The notes beneath the pieces are model-generated. The model ran no database searches, was not told the DNA's origin, and saw only the letters and a program-made list of their open reading frames with translations. 64,000 nt of DNA from the NCBI GenBank assembly GCA_965214095.1, contig OZ243938.1:2144001-2208000 (forward strand), written 5' to 3'. The stretch's first letter is position 1, and each line of letters starts with the position of its first letter. The translations under genes were made by a program, and so were the position numbers. The stretch comes from Candidatus Poribacteria bacterium (lineage in GTDB: Bacteria; Poribacteria; WGA-4E; WGA-3G). Of this stretch, positions 1 to 11,080 are shown in pieces.

Positions 1-2139
1 AATAGCGGTGTGGCAACAGCAAGTGCTTCCGGTGCTCAAGTGTCGATTAGCGCAGTAGCAGTTGGAACTACTACTATCACGGTTACCGCAAGCGATGGAA
101 GTTTGTCTGTAACACAGACTATTTCTGTGACTGTCATAGTCGAACTGGCATACCCAGTAAGTGATCGCACTCAACAAGTTCAGGACGCTATTGTGGCAGC
201 TATTGATGGTATAGATTCTGCGTCCGATGTAACAGCAACACACCTTGCGGCAATCACGGAACTTAATTTAGACGATGAATCAATTTCCTCCTTGAAAACT
301 GGTGATTTTGAGGGTCTCACCGCTCTGACAAGGCTCTTTCTGGGTGAAAATTCCATCAGCGATATATCATCGGTTTCTGGGTTGACTAAGTTGACACACT
401 TCAGTGTTGAAGATAATTCGCTCAGCGATATATCAGTAATTTCTGGGTTGACTTCGCTGACATGGCTCAGTCTGAGTGGCAATTCCATCAGCGATATATC
501 GGCGGTTTCTGGGTTGACTAAGTTGACATCGCTCTTTCTGAGTGGCAATTCCATTAGCGATTTATCATCGGTTTCTGGGTTGACTAAGTTGACAGAGCTC
601 TGGCTGGGTGGCAATTCTATCAGCGATATATCAGTAATTTCTGGGTTGACTTCGCTGACATGGCTCAGTCTGAGCGGCAATCCGATTTTACATTACGCCC
701 CACTCCGCACACTCGTCGCTGCAATTGAAACTGCTGGCGGAACTTTAGAGCTTGACATTACAATTCCCCTGTTTGTCCCAGTAAGTGAACGCACTCAACA
801 AGTGCGGGACGCTATTGTGGCAGCTGTTAATGGCATAGATTCTGCAGCCGATATAACAGAAATACACCTTACGGAAATCACGGAACTTGATCTAAACGAG
901 AAATCAATATCCTCCTTGAAATCTGGTGATTTTGAGGGTCTCACTGCTCTGACAGGGCTCGATCTGCGTGGCAATTCCATCAGCGATATTTCATCGATTT
1001 CTGGGTTGACTTCGTTGACACAGCTCTATCTGGATGGCAATTCTATCAGCGATGTCTCCCCTCTTGAAGGTTTGACATCATTAACGACCTTACGTCTGAG
1101 TGGCAATTCGATTTCAGATTACGCCCCACTCCGCACACTTGTCGCTGCAATTGAAGCTGATGGCGGAACTTTAAATCTTGACATTACAATTCCGGCTGCT
1201 CCCCCACTAAGTGGACGCACTCAACAAGTGCAAGCCGCTATTGTGGCAGCTGTTGATGGGATAGATTCTGCAGCCGATGTAACAGCAACACACCTTGCGG
1301 CAATCACGGAACTTGATCTAAACTATAAATCAATATCCTCCTTGAAATCTGGTGATTTTGAGGGTCTCACCGCTCTGACAAGTCTTGATCTGGGTGAAAA
1401 TTCCATCAGCGATATATCACCACTTTCTGGATTGACTACGTTGACACAGCTCTTTCTGGGTAACAATTCCATCAGCGATATATCATCGGTTTCTGGGTTG
1501 ACTAAGTTGACACAGCTCGATCTTTATGACAATTCCATCATCAATATTTCATCGGTTTCTGGGTTGACTAAGTTGACACAGCTCTATCTGGATGGCAATT
1601 CTATCAGCGATATATCATCGGTTTCTGGGTTGACTGTGTTGAAAGAACTCTATCTGGATGACAATTCCATCAGCGATGTCTCTCCTCTTGAAGGTTTGAC
1701 ATCTTTAACGACCTTACGTCTGAGTGGTAATTCGATTTCAGATTACGCCCCACTCGGCAGACTCGTCGCTGCAATTAAAGCTGCTGGCGGAAGTTTAGAT
1801 CTTGACATTATAATTCCCGGATCTGCCCCCGCGAGTTCGCTTCCTATACAAACATCCCTACTTCCAAACTACCCCAACCCCTTCAATCCAGAAACGTGGA
1901 TACCGTATCAGTTATCCAAAGCAGCCGATGTCATGTTGACGATCTACAATGTGCGTGGTGTCGTCGTTAGGGAGTTGGAGTTGGGACATCGGGCTGCTGG
2001 GGTGTATTATAGCCGACCTCGTGCTGCGCATTGGGATGGTAGGAACTCTTTTGGTGAGAAGGTGGCGGGAGGTGTCTATTTCGTCAAATTCAAGGCAGGG
2101 AATTATACGAAAATAAAGAAAATGTTGATTAGAAAATAA
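1..2139 (+). CDS. Internalin-type LRR surface protein with C-terminal FlgD-Ig/T9SS-like sorting domain (5' partial)
   Basis: Frame is open from base 1. Three LRR blocks (LTxLxLxxNSISDISxxSG), each preceded by a PVSxRTQQVxDAIVAA cap. Ends NYPNPFNPETWIPY...KKMLIRK. Confidence 0.9.
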   Translation, partial: NSGVATASASGAQVSISAVAVGTTTITVTASDGSLSVTQTISVTVIVELAYPVSDRTQQVQDAIVAAIDGIDSASDVTATHLAAITELNLDDESISSLKTGDFEGLTALTRLFLGENSISDISSVSGLTKLTHFSVEDNSLSDISVISGLTSLTWLSLSGNSISDISAVSGLTKLTSLFLSGNSISDLSSVSGLTKLTELWLGGNSISDISVISGLTSLTWLSLSGNPILHYAPLRTLVAAIETAGGTLELDITIPLFVPVSERTQQVRDAIVAAVNGIDSAADITEIHLTEITELDLNEKSISSLKSGDFEGLTALTGLDLRGNSISDISSISGLTSLTQLYLDGNSISDVSPLEGLTSLTTLRLSGNSISDYAPLRTLVAAIEADGGTLNLDITIPAAPPLSGRTQQVQAAIVAAVDGIDSAADVTATHLAAITELDLNYKSISSLKSGDFEGLTALTSLDLGENSISDISPLSGLTTLTQLFLGNNSISDISSVSGLTKLTQLDLYDNSIINISSVSGLTKLTQLYLDGNSISDISSVSGLTVLKELYLDDNSISDVSPLEGLTSLTTLRLSGNSISDYAPLGRLVAAIKAAGGSLDLDIIIPGSAPASSLPIQTSLLPNYPNPFNPETWIPYQLSKAADVMLTIYNVRGVVVRELELGHRAAGVYYSRPRAAHWDGRNSFGEKVAGGVYFVKFKAGNYTKIKKMLIRK

Positions 2140-2251
2140 TTTTAATTTACTTTTTTCGCTTGGAACGTATGTAGGTAACCCGTTGCCTACTAATACAGAA
2201 TATACCAGCTGCAGAAGAGCAGTTGATAACTTTATCTAAAGGAAGGTTAAT

Positions 2252-5200
2252 ATGAAAACACTAACTCTAAATAATAACCATGTTCTCTACGTATTGATTT
2301 CCATTTTTTTATTCGCATTAAATGTAACGAGTTATGCAGACATTACACCAGTAAGTGACCGAACAACAGAAGTGCAAGATGCTATACTTTTTGCAGTAGG
2401 TGTGAATTCTGCCGCAGATGTCACCGAAACCGACCTTGCAGCTATTACAGAACTAAACCTACGGTCAAAAGGTATTACAGAACTAAAATCGGGTGATTTT
2501 TCTGGAATGTCCGGACTCACTAATCTGAACCTATATGGTAACGAACTTAGCAGTTTGCCGAATAACATCTTTGATGGACTCTCTGCCCTCACAACCCTGC
2601 GATTGGGTGGAAACACCGTTGATCCAATGCCAATTATCATATCATTGGAAAAAGTTGGCGAAAATCAATTCAAAGCAGTCGCACCCACTGGTGCGCCTTT
2701 TAATATAAGTGTTCCCATAAGTACTGCCAATGGTAGCATTAGTGGGAATACGACATCTCTGACCATTTCCACAGGAACAGTAGCAAGTAGTACAGTCACA
2801 GTGACTCGGACAGAGGGAACAACTGCTGCAGTAACAGCTGATATCGGCACGTTACCCAGTATACCAAGTCTCAACCATTACGGTTATGAATTATCAAAAT
2901 CTGACTCGTTACCTATTCAACTTTTCAGTATATCAGACACAGAAGAAGAAACAGACATGGGTGAACTGGATGATAATGCTGCGCCTGTGTTTAATGAAGG
3001 TACGAGCACGACACGGACGGTTGCAGAGAATACTAAATCCGGTCAAAACATTGGGAGTGCTGTTACTGCGACAGATGACGATGGTGATACGTTGATCTAT
3101 ACTCTCGGTGGCACTGATGCAGCGTCCTTTGATATTGTCAGTACATCTGGGCAGCTACAGACAAAAGCAGCGTTGGATTATGAAACGAAGTCGTCCTATT
3201 CTGTCACTGTTACTGTTCAGGATCCGGACGATAGCTCAGTTCATATTAACGTCACAATCAACGTGACCGATGTCAATGATGCGCCGGTTTTTTCATCGGA
3301 TAGCATTACGCTTACCGTAGCAGAAAATACAGCAGCTGGCACTAATATCGGGAGTGCTGTTTCTGCGACAGATCCAGATGGCGATACGTTGACATATACT
3401 CTTGGCGGTACGGATGCAGCGTCCTATGATATTGTGAGCACATCTGGGCAGCTACAAACAAAAGCAGCATTGGACTATGAAACGAAGAAAACTTACGCGG
3501 TGTCAATCACCGCTAAAGATGATGAAGATGCTTCTAAGACGATCAATGTTATGATCAATGTGACAAATGTGTCGGAACCCGGCGACAATGATGCACCTGT
3601 ATTTGCTGACGGCACAAGCACAACACGAAGTGTCGCAGAAAATACAGTCGCAAGTGTTAATATCGGGAGTGCTGTTTCCGCTACAGATGACGATAGTGAT
3701 ACGTTGACATATAGCCTTGGTGGAACCGATGCAGCGTCCTTTGATATAGTGACCACTTCCGGACAGTTGCAGACAAAAACAACGTTGGATTATGAAACGA
3801 AGTCGTCCTATTCTGTCACTATTACAGCACAGGATCCGGGGGATCTTTCAGCTACTATTAGTGTTACAATCAATGTGACCGATGTGAATGAAGCACCGGT
3901 TTTTTCATCGGATAGCATTACGTTAACCGTAGCAGAAAATACAGGCGCAAGTGTCAATATCGGGAGTGCTGTTTCTGCGACAGATCCAGATGGGGATACG
4001 TTATCCTACAGTCTCAGTGGAACAGATGCAACATCCTTTGATATTGTCAACACATCGGGGCAATTACAGACAAAAACAGCGTTAGACTATGAAACGAAGA
4101 CGTCCTATTCTGTCACTATTACAGCAAAGGATCCGGATGATCTCTCAGATACCATTAGTGTTACAATCAATGTGACCGATGTGAATGAAGCACCGGTTTT
4201 TTCATCGGATAGCATTACGTTAACCGTAGCAGAAAATACAGCAGCTGGTACTAATATCGGGAGTGCTGTTTCTGCGACAGATCCAGATGGGGATACGTTG
4301 ACATATACTCTTGGCGGTACGGATGCAGCGTCCTTTGATATTGTGAGTTCATCTGGGCAGCTACAGACAAAAACCAGTTTGGATTATCAAACGAAGACAA
4401 CTTACTCGGTTACGGTAACTGCCGAAGATGGTGACGATGCTTCAGATACCATCAATGTTACTATCAATGTAACAAATGTGTTGGAGACTGTTGAGAATAT
4501 AGCACCCATATTCACTGAAGGCACAGACACAACACGGAGTATTGCAGAGAATACGACATCAGGACAAAACATTGGAAGTACTGTTTCTGCGACAGATGAG
4601 AATGGTGATACGTTGACCTATTCTCTGGGTGGCACTGATGCAGCGTCGTTCGATATTGTGAGCACAACTGGACAGCTACAGACAAAAACCAGTTTGGATT
4701 ATGAAAGTAAGAACATCTATTCTATAACGATTACTGCATCAGATGGAACACTTACAGATACCATCAATGTAACAGTCGGTATCACAAACGTACACGAGGC
4801 AGGTATCAACAATTATCCTGAGTTCAACGATGGTATTATTACCACAAGATCTGTTAGAGAGAACACCGATGCTGAGAATTCTATTGGTACACCGCTTACT
4901 GCCACGGACAGTGATGGTGATACCTTGGAATATTCCATGACTGGAACAGAATCCTCTTCATTTAGTATTGACAGCACAACAGGACAGCTCAGCACTAATA
5001 GTGCGTTAGATTTTGAAATGCAGCATACTTATTCTTTTACTGTCACCGTAACAGATTCGCAGGGTGGCAGTGTAAGCATTGCTGTTATGATCAACATCAT
5101 TGATGTATTGGAGTCAACGCCTCTCAGTGAACGCACAGGAGTCGTAAGAAGTGCCATCATTGATGCTATTGATGGGGTATCAACTGCATCCGAAGTTAAT

Positions 5201-8200
5201 GATGGACACCTTGCTGCAATTACAACACTCAGAATTGCTGCAACATCTATAACCACATTAAAAAACGGTGATTTCGATGGGCTCTCTTCATTGACATACC
5301 TTGGATTACAGTTCAACAGATCATTCAAAAGCATACCTGAGGATATTTTTGAAGGATTGACACTCCTAAAGACTTTAAAACTCTCGACCAACAACACGTT
5401 GGAAAGTGTACCAACTGATCTCTTTGATGGATTGTCCTCACTTGAGGAGCTTGATCTGCTTGCGAATAAACTTACGGTGTTACCCGTTGAATTATTTGAA
5501 GGTTTGTCATCGTTGAAACGGCTTGATTTGTCACGAAACGAAATAAGCAGTCTACCTGAAGGCATTTTTGATGGGTTGACAAAGCTCGTCTACCTCTCAT
5601 TGCATAAGAATAGACTGACAAGTCTACCAGCAGATATTTTTGACGGCTTATCAATGCTTCATTCGCTCATAATGGATGGTAATCGGTTGACGAGTTTACC
5701 TGTTGGTGTGTTTGAGGGGTTGACATCACTGGTTGTTCTTGAGGCACATCAAGGCACCTCACTTCCTATCACGGTATCGTTAGAGAAGGTTCAAGATGGA
5801 GAGTTCAAAGCCAATGTTGATACTGGGGCACCGTTTGATCTTGTATTGCCTCTCAGTGTGACCAATGGTAGTATTGACGGAGACACTACTACGATTACGA
5901 TCAAGACAGGTAAAATTGAAAGCGACACTACGCTCACTGTAACCCGAGAGACAGGAACGACTGGATCGGTCAATGTGGATATCGGTACATTACCTACACC
6001 TCCAGAAGATGAACATGATGGTTACATTTTAGGCACATCTAACCTACTACCTTTGAGTGTTATCCCAGCAACTGGTGAAGCGAGTAACACTGCCCCCACT
6101 TTTACAGATGGTGCAAGTACCACCCGTTCAGTAGCAGAGAATACTGCATCTGGTCAAAATATAGGGAGTGTTGTTGCGGCAACAGATGATGAAGGTGACA
6201 CATTAACTTACACACTCAGCGGGACAGATGCATCCTCCTTTACACTTGATAGTTCATCAGGACAGATTAAGACAAGTGGTACGTTGGATTATGAAACCAA
6301 GACGTCTTATTCTGTGATTGTTACAGCCACGGATCCGGATGGTCTCTCAGATACAATCAATGTCACTATTAACATCACAGATGTGAATGAGGTCGTCAAT
6401 AATGCACCTGTGATCACAGAAGGCACAAGTGGGACACGCACCGTTGCCGAAAACACTGCAGCAGGGCAAAATATCGGGGATCCTGTCTCAGCAACCGATG
6501 AAGATGGGGATACATTGACTTATAGTTTGAGTGGTACTGATGCAGCGTCATTTGACATTGACACAACAAATGGGCAGCTGAAAACGAAAGCCGCTTTGGA
6601 CTATGAAACGAAGGCTTCATATTCTGTGACGGTGACAGTTAAGGATGATGACAACGCCTCCGATTCTATCAGTGTGACGATCAACATCACTGATGTGGAA
6701 GAGACTACACCCAATAATGCACCTGTATTCAGTGATGGCGCAAGCACTACAAGAAGTATCGCAGAAAATACGGCAGCCAATATGAATATAGGTAGTGCCG
6801 TCTCCGCAACGGATGACGATGGTGATACGTTGACTTATAGTTTGAGTGGTACTGATTCAGCATCATTTGACATTGACACAACAAATGGGCAGCTGAAAAC
6901 GAAAGCCGCTTTGGACTATGAAACGAAGGCTTCATACGCTGTGACGATAACTGTGAAAGATGGTGACGAGGCATCAGATACAATCAATGTCACTATCAAC
7001 ATCACAGACGTGGAAGAAGTTGCACCCGCGAATGCACCCGTATTCACTGAAGGCGAAAGCGCGACACGTACCGTAGCTGAAAATACGGCTGCAGCACAGA
7101 ACATCGGAGATGCTGTCTCCGCTACTGATGCAGATGCGGATACATTGACTTATGCTCTCAGTGGAACAGATGCCGCATCGTTTGACATTGACACAACAAA
7201 TGGACAGATTAAGACAAAAGCAGCTCTAAACTATGAAACAAAGAGCAGCTATTCTGTGGTCGTAACTGCATCGGATGAAACGCTATCAGATACCATTAAC
7301 ATTACCATAAATGTGACTGATGTCAACGATGCACCCGTCTTTGCAGATGATTCTAAAACCCTGACTATAGCCGAGAATACTGATGCTGATACAGACATCG
7401 GAGATCCTGTTTCAGCAACAGATGAAGATGAAGATACCTTGACCTATACGCTCGGTGGAACAGATGCAGCATCTTTTGATATTGACAGCACTGATGGACA
7501 GCTAAAGACAAAAGCAAGTTTGGACTATGAAACGAAGGCTTCATACGCTGTGACGATAACTGTGAAAGATGGTGACGAGGCATCAGATACAATCAATGTC
7601 ACTATCAACATCACAGATGTGGATGAGGTGGTTCCCGGAAATGCACCAGTATTCTCTGAAGGCGCAAGCGCAACACGAACCATTGCAGAAAATACTGCTG
7701 CAGCGCAGAACATCGGAAATGCTGTTTCCGCTACTGATGCAGATGAGGATACATTGACTTATGCTCTCAGTGGAACAGATGCAGCATCATTTGACATTGA
7801 CACAACAAATGGACAGATTAAGACAAAAGCAGCTCTAAACTATGAAACAAAGAGCAGCTATGCTGTAGTTGTCACTGCATCCGATGAAACGCTATCAGAT
7901 ACCATTAACATTACCATAAATGTGAGTGATGTGAATGATGCACCAGTCTTTGCAAATGATTCCACAACTCGGTCTATAGACGAGAATACTGCTGCAGATA
8001 CAAACATTGGAGATCCTGTTTCAGCCACAGATGAAGATGGTGATACGTTGACCTATAGTCTTAGTGGAACGGATGCGGCTGATTTCAATCTTGATGATAG
8101 TTCAGGACAGCTAAGTACTAAGAAGGTTCTGGATTATGAGACAAAAACATCATACTCCGTGACAATTACTGCTACTGATGCAGACAACGCGACTGACAGT

Positions 8201-9748
8201 ATTGATGTAACCATCAATGTGAATGATGTGACCGATGTTAATCCACCCATATTTTTAAATATAGATACAGAGAATCTTACCTTTTCAGTAGATGAAAACA
8301 CCGCTGCAAATACAAGTATAGGCGACCCATTTGAAATGAGGGGGATAAGACCGATTAGTTTCTCACTTAGGGGTTCTGATGCAAGTAAATTTAGAATTGG
8401 TCGCACATCTGGTCAGTTAATGACCAGAGCTGCATTGGACTATGAAACCAAGAAATCATACTCCATAAAGGTTGTCGCTACAAATAGTGACGGTAATAAA
8501 TCAATTGACGTTACCATTCAAGTCACTGATGTATTTGAATCCGTCCCATTAAGCCAACGTCCAGCTAAAGTGCGTAATGCAATTGTTGCGGCAATAGATG
8601 GTGTGTCTAAGGCAAGCGATGTAACAGACGCACATATGTTGAGTATAAAAACGCTTGATTTATCAGATAAATCACTCTCCGAAATCACCGCTAATCATCT
8701 GGATGGCTTAACTTCATTGGAAGTATTAAATTTAAGTGATAATAATATCACAAGTCTGCCTGAAAACCTATTTGATAATTTGAGCTCTTTGACAGAAATA
8801 CACTTGGACAACAATAGACTTCATACTTTACCATCGGATCTATTTGATGGTTTAAGTCTCTTGAAAGAACTTCACTTGAATCACAATTTGATTACCAGTT
8901 TGCCATCGGGTATATTTGATGATCTATCCAGTCTGAAAAAGTTATATCTCAATTTTAACACTATTTCCAGTCTCAGTTCATCAGTCTTTCAGGAATTGTC
9001 ATCACTAACTGATCTGAATTTTGAGTATAATGTTTTAACAAGACTGCCAAATAACATTTTTAAAGGGTTGACCTCTATTAATACTATTAAGGCAGCTAAT
9101 AATCGCACTGATCCACTTAATATGACGGTATCTCTCAATAAACTAAGTAATACTAAGTTCACTGCAGAAGTTAATACTGGTATTCCTTATCAATTGAGTG
9201 TACCAGTTACCGCTACTATTGGAGGTGTTGACAATTCATACACTTTAGGTATTAAAAAGGGAGCTACTGAGAGTGAGCAAGAGATAGAAATTCCTTTAGC
9301 TCCGGGCACGGTTTCTGTAAATATTGACGATTTAGCCGCAGTACCTTCAAGGTTTAGTGGATTATCGTTAGTAAAATCGAGTAATTTACCAATCACCCTT
9401 AATCCACCTAATCAAATTATTTTCGGCGCTCCGACGAATTCACAATCAATACCTATTGTCACATCATTTAACCAAAATTATCCGAATCCCTTTAATCCAG
9501 AAACGTGGATACCCTATCAGTTATCTGAAGCATCTGATGTTGCGATGACGATCTACAATATGCGTGGCGTTGTTGTGCGTGAGTTGGCATTAGGACATCA
9601 ACCTGCTGGATATTATCACAGTCGTGCGCGCGCTGCATATTGGGATGGTAGGAACTCTTTTGGTGAGAAGGTTGCAACAGGTCTATATTTCTGCATTTTC
9701 AAGGCAGGTGATTTCACTGCTACCCGCAAGATGATGATTCGAAAATAG
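2252..9748 (+). CDS. Giant secreted cadherin-repeat/LRR adhesin-like protein (2498 aa) with FlgD-Ig/T9SS-like CTD
   Basis: Signal peptide and RBS-like AAGGAAGG. About 15 cadherin-like repeats (ATDxDGDTLTY..LDYE..Y..VTDVNxAP), three LRR blocks, NYPNPFNPETWIPY C-terminus. Confidence 0.93.
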   Translation: MKTLTLNNNHVLYVLISIFLFALNVTSYADITPVSDRTTEVQDAILFAVGVNSAADVTETDLAAITELNLRSKGITELKSGDFSGMSGLTNLNLYGNELSSLPNNIFDGLSALTTLRLGGNTVDPMPIIISLEKVGENQFKAVAPTGAPFNISVPISTANGSISGNTTSLTISTGTVASSTVTVTRTEGTTAAVTADIGTLPSIPSLNHYGYELSKSDSLPIQLFSISDTEEETDMGELDDNAAPVFNEGTSTTRTVAENTKSGQNIGSAVTATDDDGDTLIYTLGGTDAASFDIVSTSGQLQTKAALDYETKSSYSVTVTVQDPDDSSVHINVTINVTDVNDAPVFSSDSITLTVAENTAAGTNIGSAVSATDPDGDTLTYTLGGTDAASYDIVSTSGQLQTKAALDYETKKTYAVSITAKDDEDASKTINVMINVTNVSEPGDNDAPVFADGTSTTRSVAENTVASVNIGSAVSATDDDSDTLTYSLGGTDAASFDIVTTSGQLQTKTTLDYETKSSYSVTITAQDPGDLSATISVTINVTDVNEAPVFSSDSITLTVAENTGASVNIGSAVSATDPDGDTLSYSLSGTDATSFDIVNTSGQLQTKTALDYETKTSYSVTITAKDPDDLSDTISVTINVTDVNEAPVFSSDSITLTVAENTAAGTNIGSAVSATDPDGDTLTYTLGGTDAASFDIVSSSGQLQTKTSLDYQTKTTYSVTVTAEDGDDASDTINVTINVTNVLETVENIAPIFTEGTDTTRSIAENTTSGQNIGSTVSATDENGDTLTYSLGGTDAASFDIVSTTGQLQTKTSLDYESKNIYSITITASDGTLTDTINVTVGITNVHEAGINNYPEFNDGIITTRSVRENTDAENSIGTPLTATDSDGDTLEYSMTGTESSSFSIDSTTGQLSTNSALDFEMQHTYSFTVTVTDSQGGSVSIAVMINIIDVLESTPLSERTGVVRSAIIDAIDGVSTASEVNDGHLAAITTLRIAATSITTLKNGDFDGLSSLTYLGLQFNRSFKSIPEDIFEGLTLLKTLKLSTNNTLESVPTDLFDGLSSLEELDLLANKLTVLPVELFEGLSSLKRLDLSRNEISSLPEGIFDGLTKLVYLSLHKNRLTSLPADIFDGLSMLHSLIMDGNRLTSLPVGVFEGLTSLVVLEAHQGTSLPITVSLEKVQDGEFKANVDTGAPFDLVLPLSVTNGSIDGDTTTITIKTGKIESDTTLTVTRETGTTGSVNVDIGTLPTPPEDEHDGYILGTSNLLPLSVIPATGEASNTAPTFTDGASTTRSVAENTASGQNIGSVVAATDDEGDTLTYTLSGTDASSFTLDSSSGQIKTSGTLDYETKTSYSVIVTATDPDGLSDTINVTINITDVNEVVNNAPVITEGTSGTRTVAENTAAGQNIGDPVSATDEDGDTLTYSLSGTDAASFDIDTTNGQLKTKAALDYETKASYSVTVTVKDDDNASDSISVTINITDVEETTPNNAPVFSDGASTTRSIAENTAANMNIGSAVSATDDDGDTLTYSLSGTDSASFDIDTTNGQLKTKAALDYETKASYAVTITVKDGDEASDTINVTINITDVEEVAPANAPVFTEGESATRTVAENTAAAQNIGDAVSATDADADTLTYALSGTDAASFDIDTTNGQIKTKAALNYETKSSYSVVVTASDETLSDTINITINVTDVNDAPVFADDSKTLTIAENTDADTDIGDPVSATDEDEDTLTYTLGGTDAASFDIDSTDGQLKTKASLDYETKASYAVTITVKDGDEASDTINVTINITDVDEVVPGNAPVFSEGASATRTIAENTAAAQNIGNAVSATDADEDTLTYALSGTDAASFDIDTTNGQIKTKAALNYETKSSYAVVVTASDETLSDTINITINVSDVNDAPVFANDSTTRSIDENTAADTNIGDPVSATDEDGDTLTYSLSGTDAADFNLDDSSGQLSTKKVLDYETKTSYSVTITATDADNATDSIDVTINVNDVTDVNPPIFLNIDTENLTFSVDENTAANTSIGDPFEMRGIRPISFSLRGSDASKFRIGRTSGQLMTRAALDYETKKSYSIKVVATNSDGNKSIDVTIQVTDVFESVPLSQRPAKVRNAIVAAIDGVSKASDVTDAHMLSIKTLDLSDKSLSEITANHLDGLTSLEVLNLSDNNITSLPENLFDNLSSLTEIHLDNNRLHTLPSDLFDGLSLLKELHLNHNLITSLPSGIFDDLSSLKKLYLNFNTISSLSSSVFQELSSLTDLNFEYNVLTRLPNNIFKGLTSINTIKAANNRTDPLNMTVSLNKLSNTKFTAEVNTGIPYQLSVPVTATIGGVDNSYTLGIKKGATESEQEIEIPLAPGTVSVNIDDLAAVPSRFSGLSLVKSSNLPITLNPPNQIIFGAPTNSQSIPIVTSFNQNYPNPFNPETWIPYQLSEASDVAMTIYNMRGVVVRELALGHQPAGYYHSRARAAYWDGRNSFGEKVATGLYFCIFKAGDFTATRKMMIRK

Positions 9749-9751
9749 ACT

Positions 9752-9855
9752 TATGGTGAAGCATAGAATTAATTCTACACTTTCTATCAACGGTAGGCGA
9801 GGTTTCCTAACCTCGCCTCAGCAATGTGTAGAATTAATTCAATAATTTACCATAA
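9752..9855. repeat. GTAG-type REP (family A) wrapped in AT-rich inverted repeats
   Basis: GTAG-GCGAGGTT-TCCT-AACCTCGC at 9793-9816, flanked by GAATTAATTCTACAC / GTGTAGAATTAATTC and TATGGTGAA / TTTACCATA. Confidence 0.8.
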
Positions 9856-9868
9856 ATAGGAGATAATT

Positions 9869-9973
9869 ATGAAAAATCAAGGCAGATTACACACAATTCT
9901 ATCTGTCAGTGTTTTCATGATTTTCTTAATATGCTGGAGTTGTGAAACAGAAGATAAAGTCGTCGTCAAGTAA
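9869..9973 (+). CDS. Small 34-aa ORF, lipoprotein-signal-like (possibly a truncated lipoprotein gene)
   Basis: AGGAGA RBS; MKNQGRLHTILSVSVFMIFLICWSCETEDKVVVK* has a hydrophobic core followed by a WSC lipobox-like motif. Confidence 0.45.
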   Translation: MKNQGRLHTILSVSVFMIFLICWSCETEDKVVVK

Positions 9974-10070
9974 TTTCAAAATCTACTATAACAATACTAA
10001 TCACCGCTATATTCATATCATACATTGAGGTAAACACTTGAGTATTACACACATAACTAAGAGGTCACAC

Positions 10071-10565
10071 ATGAAATTAACACGCTCTCTACTCCTTATA
10101 GCAAGCGGTTTCTTGCTTTGTATCACACCCACAGCAACTCTCGCACAACAACAACACAATGCCGATACCCTCACAGCACAAGCGGATGCCAAACGCAACG
10201 CAAAAGATGATATTATTAAAATATCATGGTTAGCCGTTGGCGCATGCGCACCTATCGCCAGTGTGACTGCCGGTTGCATCATCGGGTACGCAGTTGCAGA
10301 CCAAAGTCGTAGCAGTATGGATTACTATTCCTTCGGGAATATCAACTACACAGGATTCTTCGCAGGGGCAGGAGCTACACTCGGCTTGACATACTTATTT
10401 GTCTACACCTATAAAAGCACCCCACCCGCAGAAAGACTGCTCGGCAAATCACCCGAATATATTGAAATCTATACCACCACTTACAAAAAAACAATGCGAT
10501 CCCAACGCCTTATACACACACTCGCAGGCACAGGCGGACTCGCACTCTTGTTGACTCTGCCATGA
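10071..10565 (+). CDS. Hypothetical membrane protein with signal peptide
   Basis: GAGG RBS before ATG at 10071; signal peptide plus 2-3 hydrophobic segments. Confidence 0.75.
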   Translation: MKLTRSLLLIASGFLLCITPTATLAQQQHNADTLTAQADAKRNAKDDIIKISWLAVGACAPIASVTAGCIIGYAVADQSRSSMDYYSFGNINYTGFFAGAGATLGLTYLFVYTYKSTPPAERLLGKSPEYIEIYTTTYKKTMRSQRLIHTLAGTGGLALLLTLP

Positions 10566-10786
10566 ACTTTATATGCCCAACATAATAAAGTGTCAACAAC
10601 AAAATCAGGTTACACGCATTCAACTCTGTGTTAGTCAACATCCAATTTAAAATTATAACTTTCAAGTTTGACTTCATAATGGTCAACTTCTAATTACTAT
10701 AGTGTGGACAGTTTATTTAAGGACTTGGACAGTGCTCTGGACAAGGAGCATCACAGTCATCGGACCTATTTCTTCAATGATACACC

Positions 10787-10975
10787 TGTCGCCCCGCTGG
10801 GGCTTGTGTGATGGGTAGTATCGCCTCCTATACACCTTTCGTCCCGCTGGGACTGAGGACACGCATGAAATGAGTTGATCCTCTAAAATGACGGTTTTGG
10901 TGTGGTTAGGCAACCGGACCTAAGGAAATCGGGATTACCCAATTAATAAATTAATCTTCATAATTGCGCGGCTAC
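10787..10975. repeat. REP cluster (CCCGCTGGG family and degenerate family A/D copies)
   Basis: GCCCCGCTGGGGC and TCGTCCCGCTGGGAC hairpins; a reverse-complement copy lies at ~20049-20070. Confidence 0.6.
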
Positions 10976-11080
10976 AAACGCGTTTTTCTAAATGGAAAGT
11001 GTATTGTTAATTTCACATTTTACTATAAATACCCTGTGAGTTATGCACCGAAATAGTATATTCTAGTCGTGAGTATCACG

